This document shows positions 40,081 through 50,634 of a stretch of 64,000 nucleotides of DNA, piece after piece. The stretch's first letter is position 1, and the number at the start of each line of letters is the position of its first letter. The notes under the pieces are model-generated. The model had not been told where the DNA came from. It was given only the letters and a program-made list of their open reading frames with translations, and searched no databases. Where the stretch lies: NCBI GenBank assembly GCA_052034975.1, contig JBPOIA010000002.1, positions 3,461 through 67,460 on the forward strand, written 5' to 3'. Source of the DNA: Candidatus Moraniibacteriota bacterium (lineage in GTDB: Bacteria > Patescibacteriota > Minisyncoccia > Moranbacterales > UBA1568). The position numbers and the translations under genes were made by a program.

Positions 40081-40452
40081 CTACGGACAACTAGCAAAAT
40101 TAGCGCCCGTTTCCGTCACGGTCGCAGTCGTACAACCGTCCGCAATCACGCCCGCCGCAAGTGGCACCGCGTCGATCGAAAATGTCCCGTTGCCGCTTGC
40201 GCCGCAGTCGGAACTATCGAACGCCGCATCCCAGTCAGTCGTTGTCGTATCGGTCGGTGGTGTCGGAGCGGCCGTATCACATTCGAGTGTAAAACTAGCG
40301 ACAGAGCCGGCCACCTCGGACTTGAACGCGGCTTTCTGTGCCTTGGTCCGAGCACCGGAAAGACTAACCAGCACAATCGACGCCAAGATACCGATGATCG
40401 CGATGACGATCAAAAGTTCGATAAGCGTGAATCCTTTTAACGTTCTTTTCAT
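40081..40452 (-). CDS. Type IV pilin (paralog 2)
   Basis: MKRTLKG|[25 protein letters not shown]; N-terminal 50 aa nearly identical to paralog 1, C-terminus diverged. Confidence 0.85.
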   Translation of the reverse strand: MKRTLKGFTLIELLIVIAIIGILASIVLVSLSGARTKAQKAAFKSEVAGSVASFTLECDTAAPTPPTDTTTTDWDAAFDSSDCGASGNGTFSIDAVPLAAGVIADGCTTATVTETGANFASCP

Positions 40453-40573
40453 ATGCTCACCTCCTTCTCGTGTTTGTTTTTACTTTTTATTTTAAGAGCA
40501 AGGAATATATTCATTCCCTGTCTTTTTCATTATACACTATCTTTCGAAATACCGGAAGCGGATAAAAAACGCC

Positions 40574-41782
40574 TTAGAGCTGCCCCGCGATGTTGTAGAT
40601 TGGCATCAATACTCCAACAACCAGTATTCCGACGCCGATACCGAGAAACACGATAAGCACCGGCTCGATAAGTGTCGTCAACGTCCGGGTCATATTGTCC
40701 ACTTCCTGACTATAAAAGCGCGAAACGCTCTTGAGCACTTTCGAAAGCGTACCCGTTTCCTCGCCAATGCGAATAATCTGAGAAACGATCGGGGGCATTT
40801 CGTGCGTCTGTATAAAGACACCGCTCATCGCGCCACCGGTCTTCACTTCTTCTGCAGCCCGAAGCACGATCTTTTGGAACACGCGGTTCCCGATTACCTC
40901 GCTCACGATAACAAGCGACCGCACGACTGGGATACCTCCATTCAAAAGTGCAGCCAGGTTTTCCGCGAACCGGGTGATGTAGATATTGCGAGCGAGTGTC
41001 CCGATGACCGGAATCTTCAGGATGACCATTTCCAATTCCCGCCGACCCGAATCGGTACGGATGTAATAAATGAACGCGCCGACACCAGCCGCAAGCACCA
41101 TCAAGACCGCCCACCAGTAGATCTGCATAAAATCCCCGATCCAGATGAGCACCGACGTATACCATGGTACGGGGACATTCAAGTCCTTGATAAGGATCGT
41201 GATCTTTGGCAAGATAAATGTCACCACCAAGAATCCGATAATAAACGCGACCAAAAGCACGAATGCCGGATAATACATCGCACCGCGAATTTTCGACATC
41301 AACTGGTAGTTTTTCTCGATGTTCTCGGCCACGAAACTGATGGACTTCTGCAAACTGCCGGAAACTTCGCCGGCCCGGATCATATTGATCGTAAGCGCGG
41401 AAAAAACGTCCGGATGTCGCTCCAAAGCGTCCGAAAACGACATTCCATCCTCGATATCATCGCTCATCTCTTTGATGATGATGCGCAGATACTTGTTGCC
41501 GGACTGATCGCTAATAGTGCGCAACGACGAAACGATCGGCACGCGCGCCTCGATCAGAGTGGACAGCTGCTGGAAAAAGATGACGAGCTCCTTTTGGCTC
41601 ACGCCTTCCCAGATCTTTTCGACGCTTTTCATCAGTCCGGAAGAATGCTCTTCCTCTATGATAGAAATCGGCGTCAGACCGTTCTTGCTCAGGATACCTG
41701 CTGCGGCTGCCTGATCGAGTGCCTCGACGAACCCTTCTCGCACTTGTCCCGCATCGTTCTTCGCCTTGAAGATGAATTTCAT
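40574..41782 (-). CDS. pilC: Type IV pilus assembly platform protein PilC (GspF family)
   Basis: 402 aa; two GspF repeats; three TM. Confidence 0.9.
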   Translation of the reverse strand: MKFIFKAKNDAGQVREGFVEALDQAAAAGILSKNGLTPISIIEEEHSSGLMKSVEKIWEGVSQKELVIFFQQLSTLIEARVPIVSSLRTISDQSGNKYLRIIIKEMSDDIEDGMSFSDALERHPDVFSALTINMIRAGEVSGSLQKSISFVAENIEKNYQLMSKIRGAMYYPAFVLLVAFIIGFLVVTFILPKITILIKDLNVPVPWYTSVLIWIGDFMQIYWWAVLMVLAAGVGAFIYYIRTDSGRRELEMVILKIPVIGTLARNIYITRFAENLAALLNGGIPVVRSLVIVSEVIGNRVFQKIVLRAAEEVKTGGAMSGVFIQTHEMPPIVSQIIRIGEETGTLSKVLKSVSRFYSQEVDNMTRTLTTLIEPVLIVFLGIGVGILVVGVLMPIYNIAGQL

Positions 41783-41826
41783 AGTCGCTTCGCGTTTTAT
41801 GTTTTATGCGTAATACGTATATTGTA

Positions 41827-42909
41827 TCATCCCTTGCCTCCGATGAGCATCTGGAGGTATTCGCGGTTCTTGGCATACGTCAGCGCGTCGTTCACTGATA
41901 TCAGCCCGCGCCGCACGAGGTCGGCAAGCGACCGGTCGAGACCCATCATACCGTCTTTCAGGCTCGTTTCGATGACGGAATCCAGCTGATGGCCCTTGTT
42001 CTCACGGATCAGATTCTCGATGGCGTGATTCTTGAACATAATTTCTATCGCCGGAATACGACCGCCACCTGTCCGCGGCAGAAGCCGCTGTGAAATGACA
42101 CCCAAAAGGACGCTCGCCAATTGGGAGCGGATCTGGTTCTGCTGATGAGCCGGAAAGACGTCGATGATACGGTCGATTGTCTGCGCGCTGTCGTTCGTAT
42201 GGAGTGTCGCAAAGATGAGGTGTCCGGTCTCTGCGGCCGTCATTGCGGTACTGATGGTCTCGAGATCACGAAGTTCACCCAAGAGTACCACGTTCGCATC
42301 TTCGCGAAACACGGCTCGAAGCGCATCGGGGAAATTTTTGGCATCCCGTCCGATTTCGCGCTGGTTGATGATGCACCGGTCCTGATTATAGACGAATTCG
42401 ATCGGGTCCTCGATAGTAACGACGTGCTTCTCCTGATTATGATTGATATAGTCGATGATGGCAGCGAGTGTCGTCGATTTGCCGTGTCCGACCGGCCCCG
42501 TCACGAGCACTAATCCTTGGGAATAGTTGGTGAACCCGTAGAGCGATCCGGGAATGGAGAGTTCTTCCAGGTTGCGCAAACGGTCCATCACGAACCGCAT
42601 CGTCACACTGATATAGCCTTTTTGGAAAAAGATGTTCGTACGGAAGCGCACCCGGTCTTCGAAACTGTATGAGAAGTCGGTTTGTCCTGTCGCGAGAAGC
42701 TCCTGTTTCTTGTCCTCGGTCAGAAGCACGTCGGAAAGCGCCTTGGTGTCGGCCGGCGTAAGAATTTTCTCTTGAGTAATTGGATGGAGTTTTCCATCAA
42801 TACGGAGCGTCGGATACCGCCCAACGACCAAGTGGAGATCAGACGCGCCCTGTTGCCCGACCAAAAGCAGTAAGTTCTTCAGACGTTGTTCGGTATGCAG
42901 CGTTTCCAT
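41827..42909 (-). CDS. pilT: Twitching-motility retraction ATPase PilT
   Basis: Walker A GPVGHGKSTT; Asp box; His box ...TLHTNDSAQTIDRIID. Confidence 0.9.
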   Translation of the reverse strand: METLHTEQRLKNLLLLVGQQGASDLHLVVGRYPTLRIDGKLHPITQEKILTPADTKALSDVLLTEDKKQELLATGQTDFSYSFEDRVRFRTNIFFQKGYISVTMRFVMDRLRNLEELSIPGSLYGFTNYSQGLVLVTGPVGHGKSTTLAAIIDYINHNQEKHVVTIEDPIEFVYNQDRCIINQREIGRDAKNFPDALRAVFREDANVVLLGELRDLETISTAMTAAETGHLIFATLHTNDSAQTIDRIIDVFPAHQQNQIRSQLASVLLGVISQRLLPRTGGGRIPAIEIMFKNHAIENLIRENKGHQLDSVIETSLKDGMMGLDRSLADLVRRGLISVNDALTYAKNREYLQMLIGGKG

Positions 42910-42955
42910 AATTTTTCTGCGTGTTTTTGAAATGTTTTTTTCAGTATATCACACC

Positions 42956-44647
42956 TCATTCTTCATCCACGAGGATTGCTCCTTCGGTGACGCGCTCCAC
43001 TTCGGAAAGTGTCGTGATACCTTGCAGGGCTTTCAGTATGCCGTCTTGTTTAAGCGTCAGCATTCCTTGATCCTTAACGGCGCTCGCGAGCTCCGCCTCA
43101 TTGCCTTTCTTGTCGGAAATGATTGTATTGATCCGATCATCGATATCGATGACCTCGTAAATGGCAATACGGCCCTTATATCCGGAATTGCCGCACTGGT
43201 CGCACCCTTGTCCGTGATAGAAAACGAGTTTCTGTTTCGGATCAAGTTCGTACGCGGACACTTCCTCGGGAGGAATGGTCTGGAAGATCTCCAAAAGTCT
43301 TTTCTCCTGCGCATCCGTCACTTTGGATTCCTCCTTGCAGTTCTCGCAGATACGCCGCACCAGGCGCTGCGCCGCCACGGCCTTGAGCCCCGACGAAAGC
43401 AGGAACGGCTCGATACCCATATCGATAAGCCGCGGAATGGCACCGAGTGCGTCGTTCGTATGGAGCGTCGAGAGTACCATATGACCGGTCAACGCCGCGT
43501 GAATGGCAAGCTCAGCCGTCTCATCGTCGCGCACTTCGCCGACCATTATGACGTTCGGGTCCTGACGTAGGATGGATCGGAGACCGCTCGCGAACGTATA
43601 TCCGATCTCTGGCTTGATCTGGCTTTGGTTGATGCCCTCTACAAAATACTCCACCGGGTCTTCAAGCGTGATGATATTACGTTCTTCCTGATTGAGAATT
43701 TGGAGAAATGCGTAGAGCGTGGTTGATTTTCCAGAACCGGTCGGACCCGTGATAAGAATAATACCGAACGGCTCACGGATCTTGTTTTCGAGAATGGAAC
43801 GATTCCTGCCCCACAGGCCGAGTTTCTCGAGATCGGTCACGTTCGAACTCTTATCGAGCACGCGCATCACGACTTTCTCGCCCTCGATCACCGGCAGACT
43901 CGAAACACGCAGGTCGATAGCGCCAGTCTCTCCTTCGAACCGGAACCGTCCGTCCTGCGGCTTGCGTTTCTCGTCGATTTTCAGATTCGCCAAAATTTTG
44001 ATTCTCGAAACGACCGCCCGGCCGACCTCCATCGGAAACACAAGCTGCGCCCGAAGCAATCCGTCCACGCGAAACCGCACGCGATAACTCCCTTCGGTCG
44101 GTTCGATATGGATATCGCTCGCCCGACCGTCCATCGCATGCTTCACGATCACTTCGACAAGCTTCGCAATCGGCGCATCCTGAAAAACCTCGGCATCCTT
44201 GTCTTTCCTGATCTCTTTCTTGATCTCGACGACTTCATCGTCTTTTTTGAGTGAGAGAATGGCATCCTTAAGCGCAAGGTCTGTCCCGGTGTAATTCTTA
44301 GCGACCGAATCGAAGACTTCCTTGGATGCCAGAGATACCTCGATGCTCAAATGCTCTTTTTCCGCAAGGAAACGGAGCACATTCAACGCCTCAAAATCCT
44401 GCGGGTTTACCATCGCGACGGACAATGTGTCGTTCTCACGCTTAAACGGAATCATCAGATATTTCCGCGCGGACTCCTCGGGAATGATCGAGAGAATGGT
44501 CTTGTCTATCGCTTTCGGTGCCGTGTCCAAAAGCGGAATCTTGAGTGCCTTGGCCTGAGCCGAAAGAGCCGACAAAGTGTCGGCTGCCTGCACAGAAACA
44601 TTCGGACTGTCTTTTTCAGTCTCTTTCGGCATACGTTTCTCGGACAC
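42956..44647 (-). CDS. pilB: Type IV pilus assembly ATPase PilB (GspE family)
   Basis: Walker A GPTGSGKSTTL; tetracysteine CENC...CDQC; 563 aa. Confidence 0.9.
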   Translation of the reverse strand: MSEKRMPKETEKDSPNVSVQAADTLSALSAQAKALKIPLLDTAPKAIDKTILSIIPEESARKYLMIPFKRENDTLSVAMVNPQDFEALNVLRFLAEKEHLSIEVSLASKEVFDSVAKNYTGTDLALKDAILSLKKDDEVVEIKKEIRKDKDAEVFQDAPIAKLVEVIVKHAMDGRASDIHIEPTEGSYRVRFRVDGLLRAQLVFPMEVGRAVVSRIKILANLKIDEKRKPQDGRFRFEGETGAIDLRVSSLPVIEGEKVVMRVLDKSSNVTDLEKLGLWGRNRSILENKIREPFGIILITGPTGSGKSTTLYAFLQILNQEERNIITLEDPVEYFVEGINQSQIKPEIGYTFASGLRSILRQDPNVIMVGEVRDDETAELAIHAALTGHMVLSTLHTNDALGAIPRLIDMGIEPFLLSSGLKAVAAQRLVRRICENCKEESKVTDAQEKRLLEIFQTIPPEEVSAYELDPKQKLVFYHGQGCDQCGNSGYKGRIAIYEVIDIDDRINTIISDKKGNEAELASAVKDQGMLTLKQDGILKALQGITTLSEVERVTEGAILVDEE

Positions 44648-44650
44648 GCA

Positions 44651-45448
44651 TCAATGGAAAGGATTTGGTCTCCCCGATTCCGGCTTTTCGAGCACCGGAA
44701 TGGAATTGGTTGCTCTGTTCAAGGCCCTGCCAACGGTCGAAAAATCGAGTTTTGATTGTTGAAACACCGGAATATTGAGTGCCGATTCTACCGGCTGCAT
44801 CAGAAGATAGCCGAATTTCACCCTGACCGTTCCGATGAGCATCGCCGCCGGATCACCTTCCGTCGCCGACTGTTCGTCTGCCATCACGCCAAATGATTGG
44901 AATTCCTGGAAACGATCCATCCGGGCGACACGATCCAAGAAGGCCTTGATATTTTCGTACGTACCGCGAGTGGAAACTTCTATCGTATAGGCTCTTGGTA
45001 GTGGCGCCTGATATGCCGGAATCGACTGCATCGCCGCGTTCGGATCGCTTCCGCCCAAAGCCGACGTACCAGAAACGCCCACCATATCGGCCGAAACGAT
45101 CGGTTCTTCCACATATGCCGACTTCTGCGGTTCTTCAACTTTCATTGATTCCACAAGTAGCCCGGACTGGGAGGCGGAAAAATTGATGGCATCGATCACT
45201 CGTCCCTGATCCTTGCTTTCGGGAATGTAACGCTTCACGAATTGCTCGGATTCTTTCTGCGATGCGAGCGAATTATAGAGCGTCTCGATATTGCCGATAA
45301 TCGTCTGCATATCGGCCGTCTGCTTTTCCTTGATCGCGAGAATGGATTTTTTCTCCTGGATAAGTTGCCAGTCCGGCTGGATGTATCCGATGCCGAGCAC
45401 CAGCATCATCACGATTAGAAATGGGACGACGAGTATTTTCAAGCTCAT
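44651..45448 (-). CDS. pilO: PilO-like pilus assembly protein (N-terminal TM, coiled coil, periplasmic domain)
   Basis: Position and topology; low sequence signal. Confidence 0.55.
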   Translation of the reverse strand: MSLKILVVPFLIVMMLVLGIGYIQPDWQLIQEKKSILAIKEKQTADMQTIIGNIETLYNSLASQKESEQFVKRYIPESKDQGRVIDAINFSASQSGLLVESMKVEEPQKSAYVEEPIVSADMVGVSGTSALGGSDPNAAMQSIPAYQAPLPRAYTIEVSTRGTYENIKAFLDRVARMDRFQEFQSFGVMADEQSATEGDPAAMLIGTVRVKFGYLLMQPVESALNIPVFQQSKLDFSTVGRALNRATNSIPVLEKPESGRPNPFH

Positions 45449-45485
45449 AAATGAAGAGAAAAGATTTAGTGGATAAATGAAAGGA

Positions 45486-46016
45486 TTATTTCCCCGAAAG
45501 TCCGGCGGTAAGCGTGAACGCTATCCGTCCTTCCTTGGTCCGGTTGATCGTATCGACTTTCAACTCGCCAAAAATCGGCTGGGATTTGAGACTGATAATC
45601 TGCTGGGCGAGATATTTGAAATTCTCCGTCTCTCCACCGACGGTTATCGTCCCGTCTTCAGGATTGTATTCGTATTCCCGAAGGATCACGCTCGGAATGA
45701 CGAGGCTTTCCGCTTGTTCGAGGATCTGTTTCGGATCGAGAGCGCCATCAATGTTTTTCGCCATCAAGGAAAGACGATTATCGAAATCCACTATGCGATC
45801 AACCTGCATTCCGCGGAGTTCTGCCGCATGCTCGCTCAAAGCCTGATCAAGGCTCGCGATGTCATCATTCAACGTCTTGATATACCAACGCATCCCGCCC
45901 CATAATCCCGCCACGAGCAGGAACAAAGTGAGGCTAATCATAAGCCCCCTGTCAAAAAGACTTCTTTTTTCCGTTTTTCCCCCCTGCACTGATGGTGAAA
46001 GATTTATCCCGGCCAT
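45486..46016 (-). CDS. pilN: PilN-like pilus assembly protein
   Basis: Single TM after a short cytoplasmic N-terminus; position between pilM and pilO. Confidence 0.55.
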   Translation of the reverse strand: MAGINLSPSVQGGKTEKRSLFDRGLMISLTLFLLVAGLWGGMRWYIKTLNDDIASLDQALSEHAAELRGMQVDRIVDFDNRLSLMAKNIDGALDPKQILEQAESLVIPSVILREYEYNPEDGTITVGGETENFKYLAQQIISLKSQPIFGELKVDTINRTKEGRIAFTLTAGLSGK

Positions 46017-46034
46017 TGCTTTGTGTTTAACGAT

Positions 46035-47150
46035 TTATATTTTTTTACTTAAAAATTTTTTGAGCGAAAACGATTCCTTATGCTCTTCTTTCTTCTTTAT
46101 CCGCGCGTTGATGCCGTTTAACGCGAGGCCGAGCGCAATGGAGAATGATGTTCCAAGCTCCTTGATGGCTGTTTCTAGTCCGGGATCATAGGCTACGCGC
46201 TGCCACGGATTACCGATGCGTACCGGCAATCCCAGCCGTTCCGAATAATGCCGCGTGAGCCCGGTAAGGTGCGCCGTTCCGCCGGAGAGCACAATTTCTT
46301 TGCACTGCGATTCGGGATATTTGGCATGATATGACGCGAGCATCCGTTCCGCCTCGTTTGCGATCATTTGGAGCGCTGGGAACACGAGCGCCGATTCCGG
46401 ATTGTTCAGAAAATCCTTCTCACTCTTTTTCAATGACTCGGCCCGTTCCTGAGTGATACCCAATCCTTCCGTCAACGTGCGGGTAACGTCCTTGCCGCCG
46501 GTATCAAGGTTTCGGCTGACACGCACGACGCCGTTTTCCGTCAGGATAAGGTTGGTCGCGTGTGAACCGATATCGATGACAAGCACGAGTCCCGGCTCAT
46601 CGCCTACGATAGCCCGCGCGAGCGAGAACGTTTCCAATTCCAAAAGCTGCATATCGAGCGTGGCGCGCTGCACATATTCCTCATAGCGTCTCACTTCCTT
46701 GTTGAGCGCGGCCACAAGGAGCACTTCCATCGTCGTCCGGTTGTCCGTCGGAGATACGCGCTGCCCCACCACTTCCCAACTGAGCGCCACTTCGCTCAAG
46801 GGAGACGGGATGTATTTGTGCGCTTCAAATCGGATGGCTTCCTGTAATTCATTCTCTTCCATCGCCGGCAACTCAATAAGCGAGATGAGACCGATGAATG
46901 CCGGCATCGCCACATACGCATTCCGGCTCTTCGGTTTCAGGCGTTCAAGTAATGCCCGCAGATAGAGAGAAAGCTCTTCATCATACGTACGTGTTGAGGA
47001 CGAAAGTACGCCACGTTCCAGCGCCGAAAGACTGACCTGCCCGTAATTTACCAAGACCGGCTGACTGTCTTTGAGCGTCAATTCGACCGCCTTGATGGAA
47101 GACGTGCCAAAATCAATGCCGAGAAAATAAGGTTTATGAAGACCGAACAT
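46035..47150 (-). CDS. pilM: Type IV pilus assembly protein PilM (actin-like ATPase fold)
   Basis: YFLGIDFGTSSIKAVEL N-terminus; 371 aa. Confidence 0.85.
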   Translation of the reverse strand: MFGLHKPYFLGIDFGTSSIKAVELTLKDSQPVLVNYGQVSLSALERGVLSSSTRTYDEELSLYLRALLERLKPKSRNAYVAMPAFIGLISLIELPAMEENELQEAIRFEAHKYIPSPLSEVALSWEVVGQRVSPTDNRTTMEVLLVAALNKEVRRYEEYVQRATLDMQLLELETFSLARAIVGDEPGLVLVIDIGSHATNLILTENGVVRVSRNLDTGGKDVTRTLTEGLGITQERAESLKKSEKDFLNNPESALVFPALQMIANEAERMLASYHAKYPESQCKEIVLSGGTAHLTGLTRHYSERLGLPVRIGNPWQRVAYDPGLETAIKELGTSFSIALGLALNGINARIKKKEEHKESFSLKKFLSKKI

Positions 47151-47372
47151 CGTATTTTTTCTTTTTGTCTGTCTCTATTTATGGAAGATCCGGTCCGCCA
47201 AAATTCTGAAAAAAATCGGGCGAGTACCGAAACCAAAACGCTTCCGAGCGTTCATTTCTTCTTTCTTACTATAACATATTCCCGGAATTTTTCAAAAGGG
47301 ATGTCCGGATGGTATCGCATTGACACCGGTACCGATAAAAAATACAATACGTGATACTCTTACAGTAGCTCT

Positions 47373-49853
47373 ATGCTCGAAACAACGTTCAGCCAAAAAC
47401 TCTCTTCGCACGCCCGCAAAAGCTTCCGTGAAGCGCGGGACATCGCCCGTTACACACGGAGCGAAACGATCGAACCAGAACATCTCTTGCTCGCCATTTT
47501 TCTCGAAAACGGCAGCCTCGGAAGTATCCTTCTCGAACATATGGGATTCGAGAAAGAAAGTCTCGCCAAACTCTGTCTGAAAAAGAAGGGCCGCGGCAAG
47601 CCATCGCCGTCCGCGCAGCCGCTACCGCTCGCCCTCTCCACCAAAGACATCCTGCGTCGCGCGTATTCTCTCGCAAGCGAATACCGTTCCTCCTATGTCG
47701 GCACGGAACACCTTATTTCCGCCATTATGGAATCCGAGCACCCGGCGCTCGATGATATCTTGGTCGCGCTCAAGATAGACGACCAAAAGATCAAAGGCAC
47801 CATCGAATCCCATCTCCGCTTCGACCACTTCCCGCAGCTCGGAAAAATGCTTGACCTTCCGGAAAGTTTTCTCACAAAAACCTCTTCCGCAAATGCTTCT
47901 GCGACACCGGCACTCGATCAATTTACCCTTGATCTCGGAATGGACGAACGTGCGGGACAAGAACCGCTCGTCGGACGGGAACAGGAACTCTCACGCTTGA
48001 TCCAGATTCTCACAAGAAAGAACAAAAACAATCCGCTTATCATCGGCGAACCGGGTGTCGGCAAGACCGCGCTCGTCGCCGCGCTTGCGAAGAAACTCCG
48101 GACAGGCGACGTACCGCATTCCCTCATCGGCAAGCGCATCCTCTCGCTTGATCTCACGCTTGTCGTCGCTGGCACGAATTTCCGCGGTGAATTTGAAGCG
48201 CGCTTGAAAGACATCATCAAAGAAGCGTCACGCGACGCGTCCGTCATCCTCTTTATCGATGAAATCCATACTATCGTCGGCGCCGGCAACACGAGCGGCG
48301 GACTCGACGCGGCCAATATCCTGAAACCAGCACTCGCGCGCGGCGAAGTCCGCTGTATCGGCGCCACCACCCTGACCGAATACAAGCGTCATTTGGAAAA
48401 AGATCCGGCGCTCGACCGACGTTTCCAGACCATCATTCTAAGCGAACCGACACCCGAGGAAACGAGACACATACTGACGCACGTTCGCACGGCATATGAG
48501 GATTTCCATCGTGTCCTTCTGCCACCCGCCGTCATCGATATGGCTGTCAATCTTTCGGTACGATACATTCCCGACCGCTTCCTACCGGATAAGGCGCTCG
48601 ATATCATCGACGAAGCCTCTTCACTCGCCAAACAAAAGCACGAAACGAGCATTTCAGGAAGAATCTTTTTCGAACTTGAAGAAGAGCTCCGTACCGTCAC
48701 CGACCTCAAAGAATCGCTCGTGAAGCAGGGAAAATACGACGAAGCCGCCAAATGGCATTCGCGAGAAAGGATGGTCGGGCAAAAGCTCGCTACTCTCCGC
48801 GAACGCGGAAAAAACGAAACGTCGTCCCGGCGCGTTCACGTCACCGAAGAACACATTCTGAGGACTGTCTCACAAATGACCAGCATCCCGTTTTCCAAGC
48901 TCTCTCGTGAACAGCCACTCGAGAAGATTTCGCACCTACACACAGCGCTTCGCAAGCGCTTGATCGGACAATCAGACATCGCTGAAGCGATCGAACAAGC
49001 GCTCATCCGTTCACAAAGCGGCATCGGCGATCCTGACCGCCCGCTCGGATCATTTCTCTTTCTCGGACCGACCGGCGTCGGAAAAACGCTTGTCGGAAAG
49101 ATTCTCGCCGAAGAATTTTTCGGCGATCCGCAAGCGCTCATTCGCCTCGATATGAGCGAATTTATGGAACGACACAGCGTGGCGCAAATCCTCGGCGCGC
49201 CAGCCGGTTATGTCGGCTACGGCGAAGGCGGCAAACTGACCGAAAAAATCCGCCGCCGTCCATATGCTGTCGTGCTTTTTGACGAGATCGAAAAGGCACA
49301 TCCGGACGTTTGGAACATCCTTCTTCAGATCCTCGACGAAGGAATGCTCACGGATGCCGAAGGACGCCGCGTGAGCTTCAAAAACACGCTCATCATCCTC
49401 ACCTCAAACATCGGTACGGCCGCATTCACCCAGACCGCCCGCATCGGATTCGGCAAAGGTGCCGGCACAAACGTCTTTCACGAGCAATTCGAAGCGATCC
49501 GTCGTCATGTCCTCGACGAACTCAAGAAAGAAGTCCGGCCAGAGCTCCTCTCACGTCTCGATCACGTGCTTGTGTTCAATCCTCTTCCGGAAAAATCCCT
49601 CCTCGAAATCACGAAACTCGAGCTCAACAACCTCGCCAAACGCCTGAAAACACGCGGGATCACGCTCCGTTTTCCGGTCGCTGTCACACGTCTCATCGCT
49701 GAGAAAAGCTTCTCGCCAGAACAAGGCGGCCGGCTGGTACGCAAAAACATCCAAGATATGGCCGAAAAAGCGATCGCCGAAACGCTCCTCCATTCCCCGG
49801 ACAAGACTTCTCTCCATCTCGATGTAAAAAACAAGACGATCGTGTGTCGCTAA
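47373..49853 (+). CDS. clpC: AAA+ chaperone ClpC-like (Clp N-domain repeats, two AAA modules, UVR-type linker)
   Basis: 826 aa; GEPGVGKTA and GPTGVGKT Walker A motifs; short middle domain typical of ClpC rather than ClpB. Confidence 0.85.
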   Translation: MLETTFSQKLSSHARKSFREARDIARYTRSETIEPEHLLLAIFLENGSLGSILLEHMGFEKESLAKLCLKKKGRGKPSPSAQPLPLALSTKDILRRAYSLASEYRSSYVGTEHLISAIMESEHPALDDILVALKIDDQKIKGTIESHLRFDHFPQLGKMLDLPESFLTKTSSANASATPALDQFTLDLGMDERAGQEPLVGREQELSRLIQILTRKNKNNPLIIGEPGVGKTALVAALAKKLRTGDVPHSLIGKRILSLDLTLVVAGTNFRGEFEARLKDIIKEASRDASVILFIDEIHTIVGAGNTSGGLDAANILKPALARGEVRCIGATTLTEYKRHLEKDPALDRRFQTIILSEPTPEETRHILTHVRTAYEDFHRVLLPPAVIDMAVNLSVRYIPDRFLPDKALDIIDEASSLAKQKHETSISGRIFFELEEELRTVTDLKESLVKQGKYDEAAKWHSRERMVGQKLATLRERGKNETSSRRVHVTEEHILRTVSQMTSIPFSKLSREQPLEKISHLHTALRKRLIGQSDIAEAIEQALIRSQSGIGDPDRPLGSFLFLGPTGVGKTLVGKILAEEFFGDPQALIRLDMSEFMERHSVAQILGAPAGYVGYGEGGKLTEKIRRRPYAVVLFDEIEKAHPDVWNILLQILDEGMLTDAEGRRVSFKNTLIILTSNIGTAAFTQTARIGFGKGAGTNVFHEQFEAIRRHVLDELKKEVRPELLSRLDHVLVFNPLPEKSLLEITKLELNNLAKRLKTRGITLRFPVAVTRLIAEKSFSPEQGGRLVRKNIQDMAEKAIAETLLHSPDKTSLHLDVKNKTIVCR

Positions 49854-50587
49854 AAGACTTTCCTGTCTCTTCGCTTTTTTCAACGCTGCGAGAGCGAATA
49901 CTCGATCTCTTCTTTCCCGTTTTCTGCCTCGGCTGCGGCGAACCGCGGGAATTTCTGTGCGATCACTGTTTGAAAAGAATCTCTTTGCGCCAGGAACACC
50001 ATTGCCCGCGCTGTGAACAACGGATTACGCCATACGGGGAACTCTGCCCGAACTGTTTTAGACGTTCCCCGCTCGACGGTGTATTCGCAGCGACCACATA
50101 CAGGATTCCGGTTATCACCCGCGCCGTCCATACGTTCAAATACCGTTTCGTTCCGGCACTCTCCGTCCCGCTGAGCACCCTTCTTTCCGAAGCTTTGCGC
50201 CGAAGCGATCTTCCGCTTCCCGACATCATCCTGCCCGTACCGCTCCACAAACGACGCTTGCGTTTCCGCGGCTTCAATCAGTCCGAGCTCCTCGCTCACC
50301 GTCTCGGCGAAATCGTCGCGCCCGGACTCTCGCTTCCCGTCCTTTCAAACAGCCTGCTCCGCGTACGCTTTACCCGGCCACAGATACAGACCGAATCGCG
50401 CGCCGAGCGCCTGCACAACCTGAAAAATGCTTTTGTTGTTCCGATAGCTGCGCGCGATATTCTTCGCGGAAAAAACATCTGGCTTATCGACGATATCGCT
50501 ACTACCTCCGCCACACTCGAAGAATGCGCTCGCACCTTAAAACAAGTCGGCGCCGCCAAAGTCTTCGGCATCGTCATCGCGAGATAA
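49844..50587 (+). CDS. comFC: ComF-family protein (ComFC; phosphoribosyltransferase-like with N-terminal Cys cluster)
   Basis: CLGCG...CDHC...CPRC...CPNC zinc-finger-like N-terminus; C-terminal IWLIDDIATTSATL PRTase motif. Confidence 0.8.
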   Translation: MSLKDFPVSSLFSTLRERILDLFFPVFCLGCGEPREFLCDHCLKRISLRQEHHCPRCEQRITPYGELCPNCFRRSPLDGVFAATTYRIPVITRAVHTFKYRFVPALSVPLSTLLSEALRRSDLPLPDIILPVPLHKRRLRFRGFNQSELLAHRLGEIVAPGLSLPVLSNSLLRVRFTRPQIQTESRAERLHNLKNAFVVPIAARDILRGKNIWLIDDIATTSATLEECARTLKQVGAAKVFGIVIAR

Positions 50588-50634
50588 AAAAATCTCGCTC
50601 ATCTTCTTTAAAAAGTTACCGATTTGAAGCAATA

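Noticed and set aside
40802-41989. 395-aa plus-strand ORF
   Set aside because: Antisense to pilC.
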